Source: Bacteroidia bacterium (lineage in GTDB: Bacteria; Bacteroidota; Bacteroidia; Bacteroidales; VadinHA17). From it: DNA of 64,000 bases. A program made the translations under genes and the position numbers. Positions 46,584-56,054 of this stretch are shown in pieces; within the stretch, counting starts at the first letter, position 1, and each line of letters starts with the position of its first letter. The DNA is taken from positions 32,001-96,000 of the forward strand of contig JAPLDX010000056.1 of assembly GCA_026391215.1 (NCBI GenBank), written 5' to 3'. The notes beneath the pieces were generated by a model, which did not search any database, was not told where the DNA came from, and saw only the letters and a program-made list of their open reading frames with translations.

Positions 46584-49364
46584 CTACTTCTTGAAATAGA
46601 AATGACCTACCAGCCTGTTGTCTTCAGTCGGGACCTGGGTGTTATTGCTCAGCTTCTTTACCTGCATCCGGGTATTCATGAAAACATCATTTATCGATTG
46701 CGTTATCATCAGCTGCTTGACAAGCTCCTGGGTATACAATCCGTTTGCCCCTTTTCCGTCAGCTGCCGTAGCTCCGATTGATGTTGCATACGCAACAACT
46801 GTTCCGCTTGTAAAATTCATCGCTCTGAATCCCATTTCTCCTCCTCTTGTCCAGCTGGCATACGGGTTGTCCCTGCATGCATCAAGTATGACAATATTCG
46901 TGTTGTCAGGATAGCTTTCAAACTCTTCAACGATAAAATTCACGTCTATCGCTTCATACTTGCAGTCGCTTGGTTTTTCAAGCTTTGCATCAACAGGGAT
47001 AAGGTAGTTCTTGCCTTCAACCTGGTTTCCGTGACCGGCATAATAAAAGAGAGCAACATTGTAATCGGGCAGCTTTTCATTGAATTCCCTGATCGCATCC
47101 GTCATCTGGTTCTTCGTTGCATCAAGTCTTTTGATCACTTCAAATCCGAGTTCCTTTAGTGTACCCTCCATCAGGTTAGCATCATTTGCCGGATTAGGCA
47201 AAGAAGACTTTCCGCTATAGTTAGAATTTCCAAATACAAGCGCCAGACGTTTTTCAGGTACCTCAGGTGAGAGCTTTATCGTACGCTTTTCTGATGTAGT
47301 GCTTCCGGCAGTATTTGTGGCAACCAGGAAGATGCTGTTGTCGCCCTCTTTGAGAATGACAGTTCCCTGCCATATGAAATTACAGTCATTACCGGTCGAG
47401 GATGCTTGAAAGGCTTTTCCTTCACTTAAAATACTCCCGTTTACCAGAAGCTTTACTGAACTAAGTTCAGAAGGAGAATTAATGCATGCGCTTATGTCAA
47501 AGCTCTCAGTATTTACCTGTGTATTCGTTGAAGCCGGATTTGACCATGCTATTACAGGAACCACAGCAGACGGATTTGTGAAATAACGTATTTCAGATTT
47601 TGTTGCACCCTGGCTGTTGGCGGCCACCAGGTATATCTGATTCTCACCCGGACCAAAGTTCATATTCTTCTGAACCACAAAAGTTGAAGGATCATCAGGA
47701 GAAGGTTTGATGTCCGCTTCTCCCTTTGATACACCATTGAGGTATAAAAGCACGGAGGTCAGACCTTCACTGGATTTAATGCTTGCCTTTACATTGGCAT
47801 TGTATGCATCGAGAGTGGTATGAGAACCTGATGGGCTGGTCCAGGTAATTAATGGTGCAGCAGGCTGTGATACAGCTGGTTGAGGAACTGCCTTTTCCTG
47901 AACAACCGGTGGTACGTTTACCGGAGCTGCAGTCGTTGTTTTTGGTGCTGTCTGGACTGCAGACTGGCTTAGCACGAGGCTTGAAGGCGGACAAATAAAA
48001 CTCCTTATTTCCGATCTGGCTGTGCCTCCCGAATTCTTAGCCTCTATGTAAATATTATTCTCAACCTGCCTGAAATTAACTGTTTTTTCAATTGCGTAGC
48101 TGCCAGGTTCATTTTGAACAGGTTTTATTTCAGATGCTTCCAGTGCAACGCCATTGAGATACAGCACTACTGAAGCAAGATCAGAAGACGATTTAATTGT
48201 CGCCTTGATATTTGCTGAAGGTGTCCTGAGAGTCGTACTCTTAACTGTCGGAACAGCCCATGAAATTGAAGCTAAAGGGAATAAACTCGTTATCGTGGCA
48301 TTATATTCTTCCAGTGAAGCTTCTACAGTAAAATATCTTTTTTCTGAAGTTGTTGATCCAAGATTGTTAGTGGCAACCAGATAAATATTGTTCTCTCCCG
48401 GCTCAAAATTCATGGTCTTACTAACATCGAAAGTTCCGACTTCTGTCTCTGAAGGATTCATTTCAGGTTCGCCGTACTGCACATCATTTAGAAATAATAA
48501 TACAGAGTTTATTCCTGAGGCAGATTTAACTTTAGCACTTATATTGGTCTTTGTCGATTTAATCGTTGAATTCAGTGACGATGGAGCAGCCCAACTGATA
48601 ACCGGTGCACCTGTCATTGAGAGGACAGCTGCATTTACAGTTCTATCATAACTCTCAACAGTGAAATATCTCTTTTCCGACACTGTAGTGCCATCTTTAT
48701 TCGTGGCTATCAGGTGTATGTTATTTTCCCCTGATTCAAAACTCACAGTTTTACTGATGTTAAATGTTAATGGCTCAGTATAGGAAGGCGACATTTCGGG
48801 TTCTCCGTATAGAATATCGTTCAGATACAGCACCACTGAACTGAGACCGGAACCGGACCTTATTTTTGCTTCGATATTTGCTTTAGGGGAGCTGAGAGTT
48901 GTCCTGATCTTCAGAGGATCGGTCCACTGTATCAATATTCCGTCTGGCAGAAATACAGCTGTTGAATCGCCGGGTTTAAAAGTGATTGATACTGTGAAAT
49001 ATCGTTTTTCGGAAATTGTCGTTCCATCGTTGTTCGCTGCCACAAAATAGACAGTGTTATCCCCTGGTTCAAAATTTACGGATTTGCTCAGGATAAAAGT
49101 TCCCGGTTCTGTTTCCGATGGTTGCATTTCGGGCTCTCCGTAGGGAACATCATTGATGTATAATACAGCAGAGTTTATCCCTGAAGAGGTTTTAACAGAT
49201 GCCCGTATATTGGTTTTTGCTGTTTTGAGAATGTTGTACTCTTTAGCCGGACTTATCCATGTTATTTTTGGTGGATCAGCTGCAAAAACATTTCCTGAAG
49301 AGATCAGAAAATAAGTCATAACTGACAGCAGGAAAATATTCTTATTAAAAATGTTTCTATTCAT
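46584..49364 (-). CDS. Exported caspase-family (peptidase C14) protein: 6 Ig-like repeats + C14 domain
   Basis: Signal peptide ending VFA; six I(T/S/Q/A)W..P...L.(L/I/V)N(G/D)...N.(I/V)...A.N..G repeats; FYYAGHG and ILDACR dyad. Confidence 0.9.
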   Translation of the reverse strand: MNRNIFNKNIFLLSVMTYFLISSGNVFAADPPKITWISPAKEYNILKTAKTNIRASVKTSSGINSAVLYINDVPYGEPEMQPSETEPGTFILSKSVNFEPGDNTVYFVAANNDGTTISEKRYFTVSITFKPGDSTAVFLPDGILIQWTDPLKIRTTLSSPKANIEAKIRSGSGLSSVVLYLNDILYGEPEMSPSYTEPLTFNISKTVSFESGENNIHLIATNKDGTTVSEKRYFTVESYDRTVNAAVLSMTGAPVISWAAPSSLNSTIKSTKTNISAKVKSASGINSVLLFLNDVQYGEPEMNPSETEVGTFDVSKTMNFEPGENNIYLVATNNLGSTTSEKRYFTVEASLEEYNATITSLFPLASISWAVPTVKSTTLRTPSANIKATIKSSSDLASVVLYLNGVALEASEIKPVQNEPGSYAIEKTVNFRQVENNIYIEAKNSGGTARSEIRSFICPPSSLVLSQSAVQTAPKTTTAAPVNVPPVVQEKAVPQPAVSQPAAPLITWTSPSGSHTTLDAYNANVKASIKSSEGLTSVLLYLNGVSKGEADIKPSPDDPSTFVVQKNMNFGPGENQIYLVAANSQGATKSEIRYFTNPSAVVPVIAWSNPASTNTQVNTESFDISACINSPSELSSVKLLVNGSILSEGKAFQASSTGNDCNFIWQGTVILKEGDNSIFLVATNTAGSTTSEKRTIKLSPEVPEKRLALVFGNSNYSGKSSLPNPANDANLMEGTLKELGFEVIKRLDATKNQMTDAIREFNEKLPDYNVALFYYAGHGNQVEGKNYLIPVDAKLEKPSDCKYEAIDVNFIVEEFESYPDNTNIVILDACRDNPYASWTRGGEMGFRAMNFTSGTVVAYATSIGATAADGKGANGLYTQELVKQLMITQSINDVFMNTRMQVKKLSNNTQVPTEDNRLVGHFYFKK

Positions 49365-49391
49365 TTTTGATTTAATAACATCATAATCAGT

Positions 49392-49463
49392 AAAGTTATG
49401 TAAAAATTCCCGGTTTTTTTATATCATTTTCCAAATTTTGACAAACAGGCATTTTAAGGATAT
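49392..49463 (-). promoter_or_regulatory. Upstream region shared by both caspase genes, copy 2
   Basis: Aligns with 46456-46527; -7-like TAACTTTA and TGTTTGTCAAAATTTGGAAAA (minus strand). Confidence 0.6.
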
Positions 49464-49500
49464 AATGAATTACTATCAGGAGACAAACGTTTTAACAGGT

Positions 49501-49619
49501 GAGAGGGGGTTACTCCCTCACTTCGTTTGGGCATGATCCCCTGCGAGTAACCAGCAAAGCCAAAATAAACCCTTACGGGTTATTGTCTATTTTACTTTCA
49601 GCCCCTTCAGAAAGCAAGC
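49501..49619 (-). repeat. tRNA-Ser-linked element, copy C (5'-truncated)
   Basis: 49554-49619 matches 49813-49878 at 65 of 66 nt; ends in GGGGATC...AACCCCCTCTC, resembling a tRNA 3' end. Confidence 0.85.
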
Positions 49620-49656
49620 ATAAGTGATTATTGTATATAATTGTATAACTGCAAAT

Positions 49657-49760
49657 TACACCCCCTCCTTACGAAGTAGAGGGCTGAGCGTGAAGAAATA
49701 GCCCGGTGGGCTATTTTAGTGAAGAGCCGGTTTGCAGCGGAGGGGGCTGGGGGGTGGGTA
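49657..49760. repeat. Composite GC-rich REP-like palindromic element
   Basis: AAATAGCCC-ggt-GGGCTATTT hairpin (49696-49716) nested between CCCCCTCC and GGAGGGGG arms. Confidence 0.55.
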
Positions 49761-49771
49761 CATATGATTTC

Positions 49772-50026
<255 letters not shown>

Positions 50027-50051
50027 AATATTCCTATTATGCTGAGAGCGA

Positions 50052-50059
50052 CAAAAATA
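50052..50059 (-). promoter_or_regulatory. -7 promoter element (TATTTTTG) of tRNA-Ser(GCT)
   Basis: TAnnTTTG on the minus strand 25 nt upstream of the tRNA. Confidence 0.6.
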
Positions 50060-50094
50060 GATAATCGCGTATTAAGTGCAAAATAAATATCAAC

Positions 50095-52377
50095 TTATTT
50101 CAGCCCTTTGAACGTATCAATGACCTGTCTGAAATTCTCCAGTGTCTCCTCATCAAAATCAGTTAACTTGATCACTCCCGATTTGACTTCCGCCAGGAAT
50201 TTTGAGAACATGAAATTACGCGGCATATCCTTTTCAGATACGTACTCAGAGTTGGCAATTGTTATCCCTTGCCTGTTCTTTAAAATAAAATTCTTGAAAT
50301 CAAGAGTCGATAAAAGATCCTCCGCATTATAAAATGTTCCAGGTATGCTTATTATCATGTTGCGTCCGCTGTTGTCAGTTTTAAATACTGTCTCCTTTAA
50401 AACTTCTCTCATTTTATTCTCCTGCTCATTTTCAAAAAGAAGGACAGCAAAATCGAGTCCCCATCCCATGAGGATATTGCATAACAGCGGTATGGAAGAG
50501 ACATTTGTGGAAGGAATTACACTGATCTTCCCCCTGAATCCGGTAAGAATGATAATTGCGTTCAGTATATAAAATGATCCGGTATCGTTAACGATCAGAT
50601 TGAATTTCTTTGATGAGAATCCTTCACTGGCTGCCGGATTGCCGAGTATGCTCTGCAATGGAGAAAGAGTATCAGGGGAGGCTGCGGAAAGCTGAAAAGG
50701 ATCAAGTATACGGGTAGCGCTCCTGAGACTGTCAAGGTCATCCCTCTGTGCAGCCAGCACCCGGTGAAGCTTATTGATCTCTACAAGATGAGGAGAATGA
50801 GTAGTATAGATAACCTGGATCGTGTCCTTTATATCCTCGAATACCTTTAGTACATCCTCCTGTGCCCTGGCATGGAGACTCACGCCCGGTTCATCCACAA
50901 GCAGCACCATCTGCTTGTTTATATTTGCCGCTGCCTTAAGCTCCATATAGAACGATAAAAACCATCGTACTCCACGGCTCCTCTGCTTTGGATAGAGCCT
51001 CTCCCCTTCATCCTTGATCCAGAATTCGAGATATGGTTTGCCCGCTTTGTCCCCGTAAGCAGCGCTGTAATGATCCAGCTCAAACTGAATGTGTATCTTG
51101 TTATTGCGTCCTATTGATTGCTGCCAGAAGTCCTGGAAATTGCGGGTAAGCGTATTATTCAAATTCTCAATTTTCTGTTTCAGGATACGGCTGGAAGGCT
51201 GCTGGAAAAAGGAATAGTCAAGCTGTGCTATGGAGAGAAAATTACGGGCAGCTTTATAACCTTCAACCTGGTCATTGCCTGTGATTATATCCTCCATATC
51301 GATCCTGTTGGGCAAAAGGCTTCCGAAATCTTCAAACAATTCGAAAACCGGACAATACTCAAAATATTTTCTGCCAAGTATCTCGCTGTTATACTGCGAT
51401 TTATAAGACTGTATTATTTCATTGACCTTTTTTTCCGCTTCTTCCTCTGTGCTCCCTGCCATAATATAACCTGACAAAGCTATGTGTCTGTCGAGCTCAG
51501 CTTTTTTAAGATCCCTTTCACTCCTTGTTTTCCTGTAATCATTAAGGGTGCTTCTCCATTCCTGGTCGTCCTCATCATCAACAGGTCTCATTAGCAGTGT
51601 CATCTTCTGATGCCTCTCCTCAAGCTTGACTGATAATTCTGCCAGATGGTTATCAAGCATTATGAATTTGTCAAATAATTTATGCCAGGTTTCGCCGGCT
51701 TTTTTCATGGATTGTTTTCCAAGGAGATCAGCAGATATTTGCTCCTTCTTTCTTCTTATCTCTGCCAGTTGATTCTTTAAATCCGCAGTCAGACCGTCCG
51801 TCACAGAATCTGATTCAGCTGTTTTCTTCCCAAACCACAAGAAGCCTTTCGACTTGCTTTCATGAGGCTGTATCTTTGATTTTATTTCTGATTCCTGAGC
51901 TGCAAGTCCGGTAAGTTTCTTTTCGTTTTCGCTGATAATGCTTAACTCCTGTTCAAGCTTGACAGTGACATCTCCAAGATAGATCCTCCATGCATCCTCA
52001 AGGGAATCAAGATACTGGCTTATCTCCCCGCTGACAATGATGACCGAGGACAGATCGGCGATCCATACCCTGGTAAGCTCAATATGGGTAAGCCCCGAGA
52101 GAAGCTCCTTAAGCTCTGTCCCTGGATTATCAGTAACCTTCAGAAGCCACCCCTCAGGAATGCTGAACCGGCAGCTGACTTCCGGGAGCGAGAGGTCGCT
52201 GCGCAGAATATCCTCAGAAATTATCCCGGTATAAAACACTTTCATTGCTTCAAGAACGGATGTTTTTCCCGATTCATTCTGCCCAATAAGACAGGTAATA
52301 TTATCGGGTGACAGCGATTGCCATCCAGTATCGACTATTGAACGGAAATTCCTGATCCTGAAAGCTGTAAGCTTCAT
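50095..52377 (-). CDS. OLD/AAA_15-type ABC ATPase with coiled-coil insert and degenerate TOPRIM-like C-terminus
   Basis: IRNFRSI, Walker A GQNESGKTS, signature RSRG, Walker B LLVDEP, SLH, H-loop TTHSP. Confidence 0.82.
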   Translation of the reverse strand: MKLTAFRIRNFRSIVDTGWQSLSPDNITCLIGQNESGKTSVLEAMKVFYTGIISEDILRSDLSLPEVSCRFSIPEGWLLKVTDNPGTELKELLSGLTHIELTRVWIADLSSVIIVSGEISQYLDSLEDAWRIYLGDVTVKLEQELSIISENEKKLTGLAAQESEIKSKIQPHESKSKGFLWFGKKTAESDSVTDGLTADLKNQLAEIRRKKEQISADLLGKQSMKKAGETWHKLFDKFIMLDNHLAELSVKLEERHQKMTLLMRPVDDEDDQEWRSTLNDYRKTRSERDLKKAELDRHIALSGYIMAGSTEEEAEKKVNEIIQSYKSQYNSEILGRKYFEYCPVFELFEDFGSLLPNRIDMEDIITGNDQVEGYKAARNFLSIAQLDYSFFQQPSSRILKQKIENLNNTLTRNFQDFWQQSIGRNNKIHIQFELDHYSAAYGDKAGKPYLEFWIKDEGERLYPKQRSRGVRWFLSFYMELKAAANINKQMVLLVDEPGVSLHARAQEDVLKVFEDIKDTIQVIYTTHSPHLVEINKLHRVLAAQRDDLDSLRSATRILDPFQLSAASPDTLSPLQSILGNPAASEGFSSKKFNLIVNDTGSFYILNAIIILTGFRGKISVIPSTNVSSIPLLCNILMGWGLDFAVLLFENEQENKMREVLKETVFKTDNSGRNMIISIPGTFYNAEDLLSTLDFKNFILKNRQGITIANSEYVSEKDMPRNFMFSKFLAEVKSGVIKLTDFDEETLENFRQVIDTFKGLK

Positions 52378-52391
52378 AGTTACTAAAACAG

Positions 52392-53219
52392 TTATATTTG
52401 AAAGCCAAAAATCAGAACGTCATCAATCTGCTGGGTGTTTCCCTTCCAATCATTAAATGTGCTCCTTAGGATATCTCTCTGCTGCGCCATAGAATGTCCT
52501 GCCATTGATATTATCACCCTTTTTAAATGCTTGTGTTTGAATTTCTTATCGGTAATTTCGCCGAACTGGTCCGCAAATCCGTCAGAGAAGAGGTAAAATG
52601 AATCTCCATGTTCAGTGTCTATAATCACATTTGTAAAGGGTTGTTCTGCCAGCGGTGCCAGGCCGATTGTCATTTTGTCGGCTTTAAATTCATCCAGTTC
52701 GCCGTTCCTCATTCTTATAAGTGGCCTGTTTGCGCCAGAATACTGGAATTTACCGGTCCTGTAGTCAATAATGCATAATCCGATATCAATGCTGTCCTTA
52801 GTTACTGCCCTCTCTCCTGTCTGATGCAGGGCTTTCATCACCTTTTCCCTCATCAGGTTCAGAATCCTGTTCGCTTTGGGATCGCTCTTTGACTGGACTA
52901 TCTCGTTAAGGAAGCTGATCCCAAGGATGCTGAGAAGGGCACCAGGCACCCCATGACCTGTGCAATCCCCGGCAGCGACAAACAAATGCTGACGATTACT
53001 GAATGTATAATAGAAATCTCCACTGACAATATCACGCGGCAGAAAAAGAACAAAATAATCTTTAAAGAGCCCCTTAAGTGATTCGGGATCAGGCATTAAA
53101 GCTTTTTGAATAATTCCTGCATACCGGAGGCTTGCCATATGATCATCCATCCCCTGGTTTTGAATCAGGGAAATAATATCTGAATTATGCTGAGCCTTGA
53201 CAGTCATCACATTACCCAA
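52392..53219 (-). CDS. Stand-alone SpoIIE/RsbU-type PP2C Ser/Thr phosphatase
   Basis: IQKALMP, PRDIVSGDFY, GDCTGHGVPGA, SDGFADQFG, QIDD; no sensor domain. Confidence 0.92.
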   Translation of the reverse strand: MGNVMTVKAQHNSDIISLIQNQGMDDHMASLRYAGIIQKALMPDPESLKGLFKDYFVLFLPRDIVSGDFYYTFSNRQHLFVAAGDCTGHGVPGALLSILGISFLNEIVQSKSDPKANRILNLMREKVMKALHQTGERAVTKDSIDIGLCIIDYRTGKFQYSGANRPLIRMRNGELDEFKADKMTIGLAPLAEQPFTNVIIDTEHGDSFYLFSDGFADQFGEITDKKFKHKHLKRVIISMAGHSMAQQRDILRSTFNDWKGNTQQIDDVLIFGFQI

Positions 53220-53231
53220 TAAGGCAAGAAT

Positions 53232-54692
53232 TTAAAGATACATTAATTTATTTTGCCCCGCAACAGGATGAAGGCCATTTACCTTTTCCTTGTTTCCCAG
53301 GAGGACTATATTTTCGACATGATGAGTCTGGGGAAACATATCCACCGGCTGTACACGGTTGACATTGAATTTTTCAGAAAGCAGCAATATGTCACGCGCC
53401 TGGGTCGATGGATTACAACTTATATAAACGATTTTCTGAGGCGCTGCTGTAAGGATTTTTTTCACCACATCCTCATGCATTCCGACCCTCGGCGGATCAG
53501 TTATTATTACATCCGGATACCCGCATTTCTCCATGAACTCTTCAGACAGGATATCTTTTATATCCCCTGCATAGAATTCCGTATTTCTGATATTGTTCAT
53601 GGATGAATTTGCCATCGCGTCCCTGACCACCTCTTCAATATATTCAATACCAATCACTTTACCAGCTTTTGATGCTATGAAATTTGCAATTGTGCCTGTC
53701 CCCGTATAAAGGTCATATACAATCTCCTTCCCGGTCAATCCTGCCATTTCTGATGCAACACTGTATAATTTAAGCGCTTGTCTGGTGTTAGTCTGATAAA
53801 ACGACTTTGGACCTATTCTGAACTTCAATCCGTTCATCTCCTCAACAAGATGGTCTTCACCTTTATACAGTACCGGATTCTGATCAGCAAGAGAATCATT
53901 CTTCTTTGAATTGATCACATAAAAGAGAGATCTTATCTGAGGAAATTCTGTCGCCAGGTGATCAAGAAGAGCCTCTCTCCTCTCAGGTTCATCATGGAAA
54001 AAAACTACAATGACCATTACCTTACCGTCCATCGAATTGCGTATGACCAGGTTCCTGAGAAAACCTGACTGCTGGCGGAGATTAAAAAAGCGGTAACAGT
54101 TTTTATGAGCAAACTTCCTTACTGCATCACGTATAGCGTTTGATGGCTCAGGTTGAAGATGACACTCCCTGATATCCAGCACTTTATCAAATAATCCCGG
54201 AATATGAAATCCCAGTGCATCCTCTTTTTCATAATCATGATCCGAGCTTACCTCCTCCTTTGTCAGCCATCGCTTGTCGGAAAAAGTGTATTCCAGCTTA
54301 TTCCTGTAATTATACTCTTCCGAAGATCCGATAATCGGACTAATTTCCGGCAATTCCACTTTGCCGATACGCGTAAGGTTATCCACAACCTGTTTTTCCT
54401 TATAATGCAGCTGAAGATGATACGGGAGGTGCTGCCATTTGCATCCTCCGCAGACTCCGAAATGTCTGCAGAGTGGTTTTATCCTGTCAGCAGAATAATT
54501 ATGGAACCGGACAACTCTTCCTTCCAGGTATTTCTTTCTTTTCCTGACGACTTTGATATCAACAACATCTCCCGGGACCAGCATCGGTACGAACACCACC
54601 TGGTTATTTACCCTGGCCAGCGAATTTCCTTCCGATCCAATATCGGTTATTGTGACTTTCTCAAGCAGGGGCAGCTCTTTCTTCCTTCCCAT
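53232..54692 (-). CDS. rlmD: 23S rRNA (uracil-1939-C5) methyltransferase
   Basis: TRAM N-terminus, CRHFGVCGGCKWQ, YRNKLEY, SFYQTN, DLYTGTG, DPPR, YISCNP, DMFPQTHHVE. Confidence 0.95.
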   Translation of the reverse strand: MGRKKELPLLEKVTITDIGSEGNSLARVNNQVVFVPMLVPGDVVDIKVVRKRKKYLEGRVVRFHNYSADRIKPLCRHFGVCGGCKWQHLPYHLQLHYKEKQVVDNLTRIGKVELPEISPIIGSSEEYNYRNKLEYTFSDKRWLTKEEVSSDHDYEKEDALGFHIPGLFDKVLDIRECHLQPEPSNAIRDAVRKFAHKNCYRFFNLRQQSGFLRNLVIRNSMDGKVMVIVVFFHDEPERREALLDHLATEFPQIRSLFYVINSKKNDSLADQNPVLYKGEDHLVEEMNGLKFRIGPKSFYQTNTRQALKLYSVASEMAGLTGKEIVYDLYTGTGTIANFIASKAGKVIGIEYIEEVVRDAMANSSMNNIRNTEFYAGDIKDILSEEFMEKCGYPDVIITDPPRVGMHEDVVKKILTAAPQKIVYISCNPSTQARDILLLSEKFNVNRVQPVDMFPQTHHVENIVLLGNKEKVNGLHPVAGQNKLMYL

Positions 54693-54722
54693 TTTCGTTT
54701 TATTAATCAGATCAGGGAGGAA

Positions 54723-55955
54723 TTACTGATCTCTGAGGTTAATAATAAACATAAGCCCCTTAATCATGCATGGTAAGGTTGCATCACCGTGATCCAGTCC
54801 TGGAAATGTGACTTTTGTGCACATATCCGAAGATGTACCTGCACTGATCATAGCATCATACATTGAGTGCGTTGCAGTCACATTGACGTCAGCATCATCT
54901 TCTCCATGAACAAATAATATCGGCTTATCCGAATTCCATGCAGCCACACTGTTGCTTATAAGAGATTCACGTACAGATGAGTACGCTGGAGAGGAAGCGA
55001 ATCCGGAAATAAAATCTGCTTTGAATAATTCGGGTATTGATGTTGAAAGCTGGCTATTGATCTGACCTCCGGTAAGTGACCCGGTGTATAAAGTACTCAG
55101 CCTGGAAGCATAAGGTTCATTCAGAATATCTGAAACAGCATTTGTGAACTGGTCATAGTGAGAATAAGCATTGATTATATAACCCAGATAATATGGCACA
55201 GGGTAATATGTTGTATCTGTAAGTCCCTGAAGCAGTTTATAAATGTCGTAAGGACCTGCACCGCATACGCTGCCACGAAGATCAAAATCATCATTATAAT
55301 CCAGCTCCAGTGCTTTATGAATAGCCAATGTAGCCCATCCTCCCTGCGAGTATCCCAGAAGGTAATATTCATTTCTGGTCGTGATTCCCGTATACTCAAG
55401 TTCACAGCTTTCATCAAGAGCATAAAGCATATCAACTACAGACCTGATCGTTGGCTCAGCAATAAGGTAAGGATGAGGTATTTGCTTTGATCTGCCGAAT
55501 CCGGGATAATCAGGGATGACAACTATAAATCCCATGGAAGCTATATACTCAATCAGCTGGTAAGATGGATTAACAACATATTCGCTCGGAGCATACGCAT
55601 TGAATGTATTTGTCCCGTTTTGGAAGCTCACCACAGGGTATTCACCCGGGGTTACAGGAACGCAAACCAGGCCCGAGGCTTCAATTTCCTCACCGAAAAC
55701 TTCCGTTCTGTAGACCATTTTATAGACATTTACATCGCTTTCAATGAATTGTTTCATATCCTCCAGCTCCGGATATGCCTGAACACCGCTATTCAGCATA
55801 TTATTTATCGATGTTGTTGTGTATGTTACTGCAAGCTCCTTTGAGATAAAATAATCATAATCAGGTCCATCGTCACTCTTCCTGCAGGAGTTAACAATTA
55901 CTAAAAATGCAGAAGAAAATAGTAAAAGCTTTAAAATATGCTTATTGGTTTTCAT
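54723..55955 (-). CDS. Alpha/beta hydrolase (secretory lipase-like) lipoprotein
   Basis: Start moved to MKTNK (lipobox VNSC); ASGLV, PDYPGFG, HPYL, GYSQGG nucleophile elbow, HGEDD, DH. Confidence 0.88.
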   Translation of the reverse strand: MKTNKHILKLLLFSSAFLVIVNSCRKSDDGPDYDYFISKELAVTYTTTSINNMLNSGVQAYPELEDMKQFIESDVNVYKMVYRTEVFGEEIEASGLVCVPVTPGEYPVVSFQNGTNTFNAYAPSEYVVNPSYQLIEYIASMGFIVVIPDYPGFGRSKQIPHPYLIAEPTIRSVVDMLYALDESCELEYTGITTRNEYYLLGYSQGGWATLAIHKALELDYNDDFDLRGSVCGAGPYDIYKLLQGLTDTTYYPVPYYLGYIINAYSHYDQFTNAVSDILNEPYASRLSTLYTGSLTGGQINSQLSTSIPELFKADFISGFASSPAYSSVRESLISNSVAAWNSDKPILFVHGEDDADVNVTATHSMYDAMISAGTSSDMCTKVTFPGLDHGDATLPCMIKGLMFIINLRDQ

Positions 55956-56030
55956 TTTTATATTATTCATCCGGCAGCAAAGATAATTCTTCCCGGTGAA
56001 CCTTCTGTTCAAAGGGTGGTATACTTTTTC

Positions 56031-56038
56031 TATATTTG
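56031..56038 (+). promoter_or_regulatory. -7 promoter element (TATATTTG) of the ABC-F operon
   Basis: Exact TAnnTTTG 16 nt before ATG 56055. Confidence 0.6.
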
Positions 56039-56054
56039 CGTCAGTTTTAATAAT

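Noticed and set aside
30365-49500. Prophage or ICE at tRNA-Ser(GCT)
   Set aside because: No integrase, phage or conjugation genes, and no distal att copy seen near 30.3 kb.
50095-52377. Gabija, Septu, PARIS or retron defence system
   Set aside because: No UvrD helicase, HNH nuclease, separate TOPRIM or RT partner nearby; TOPRIM acidic residues appear lost.
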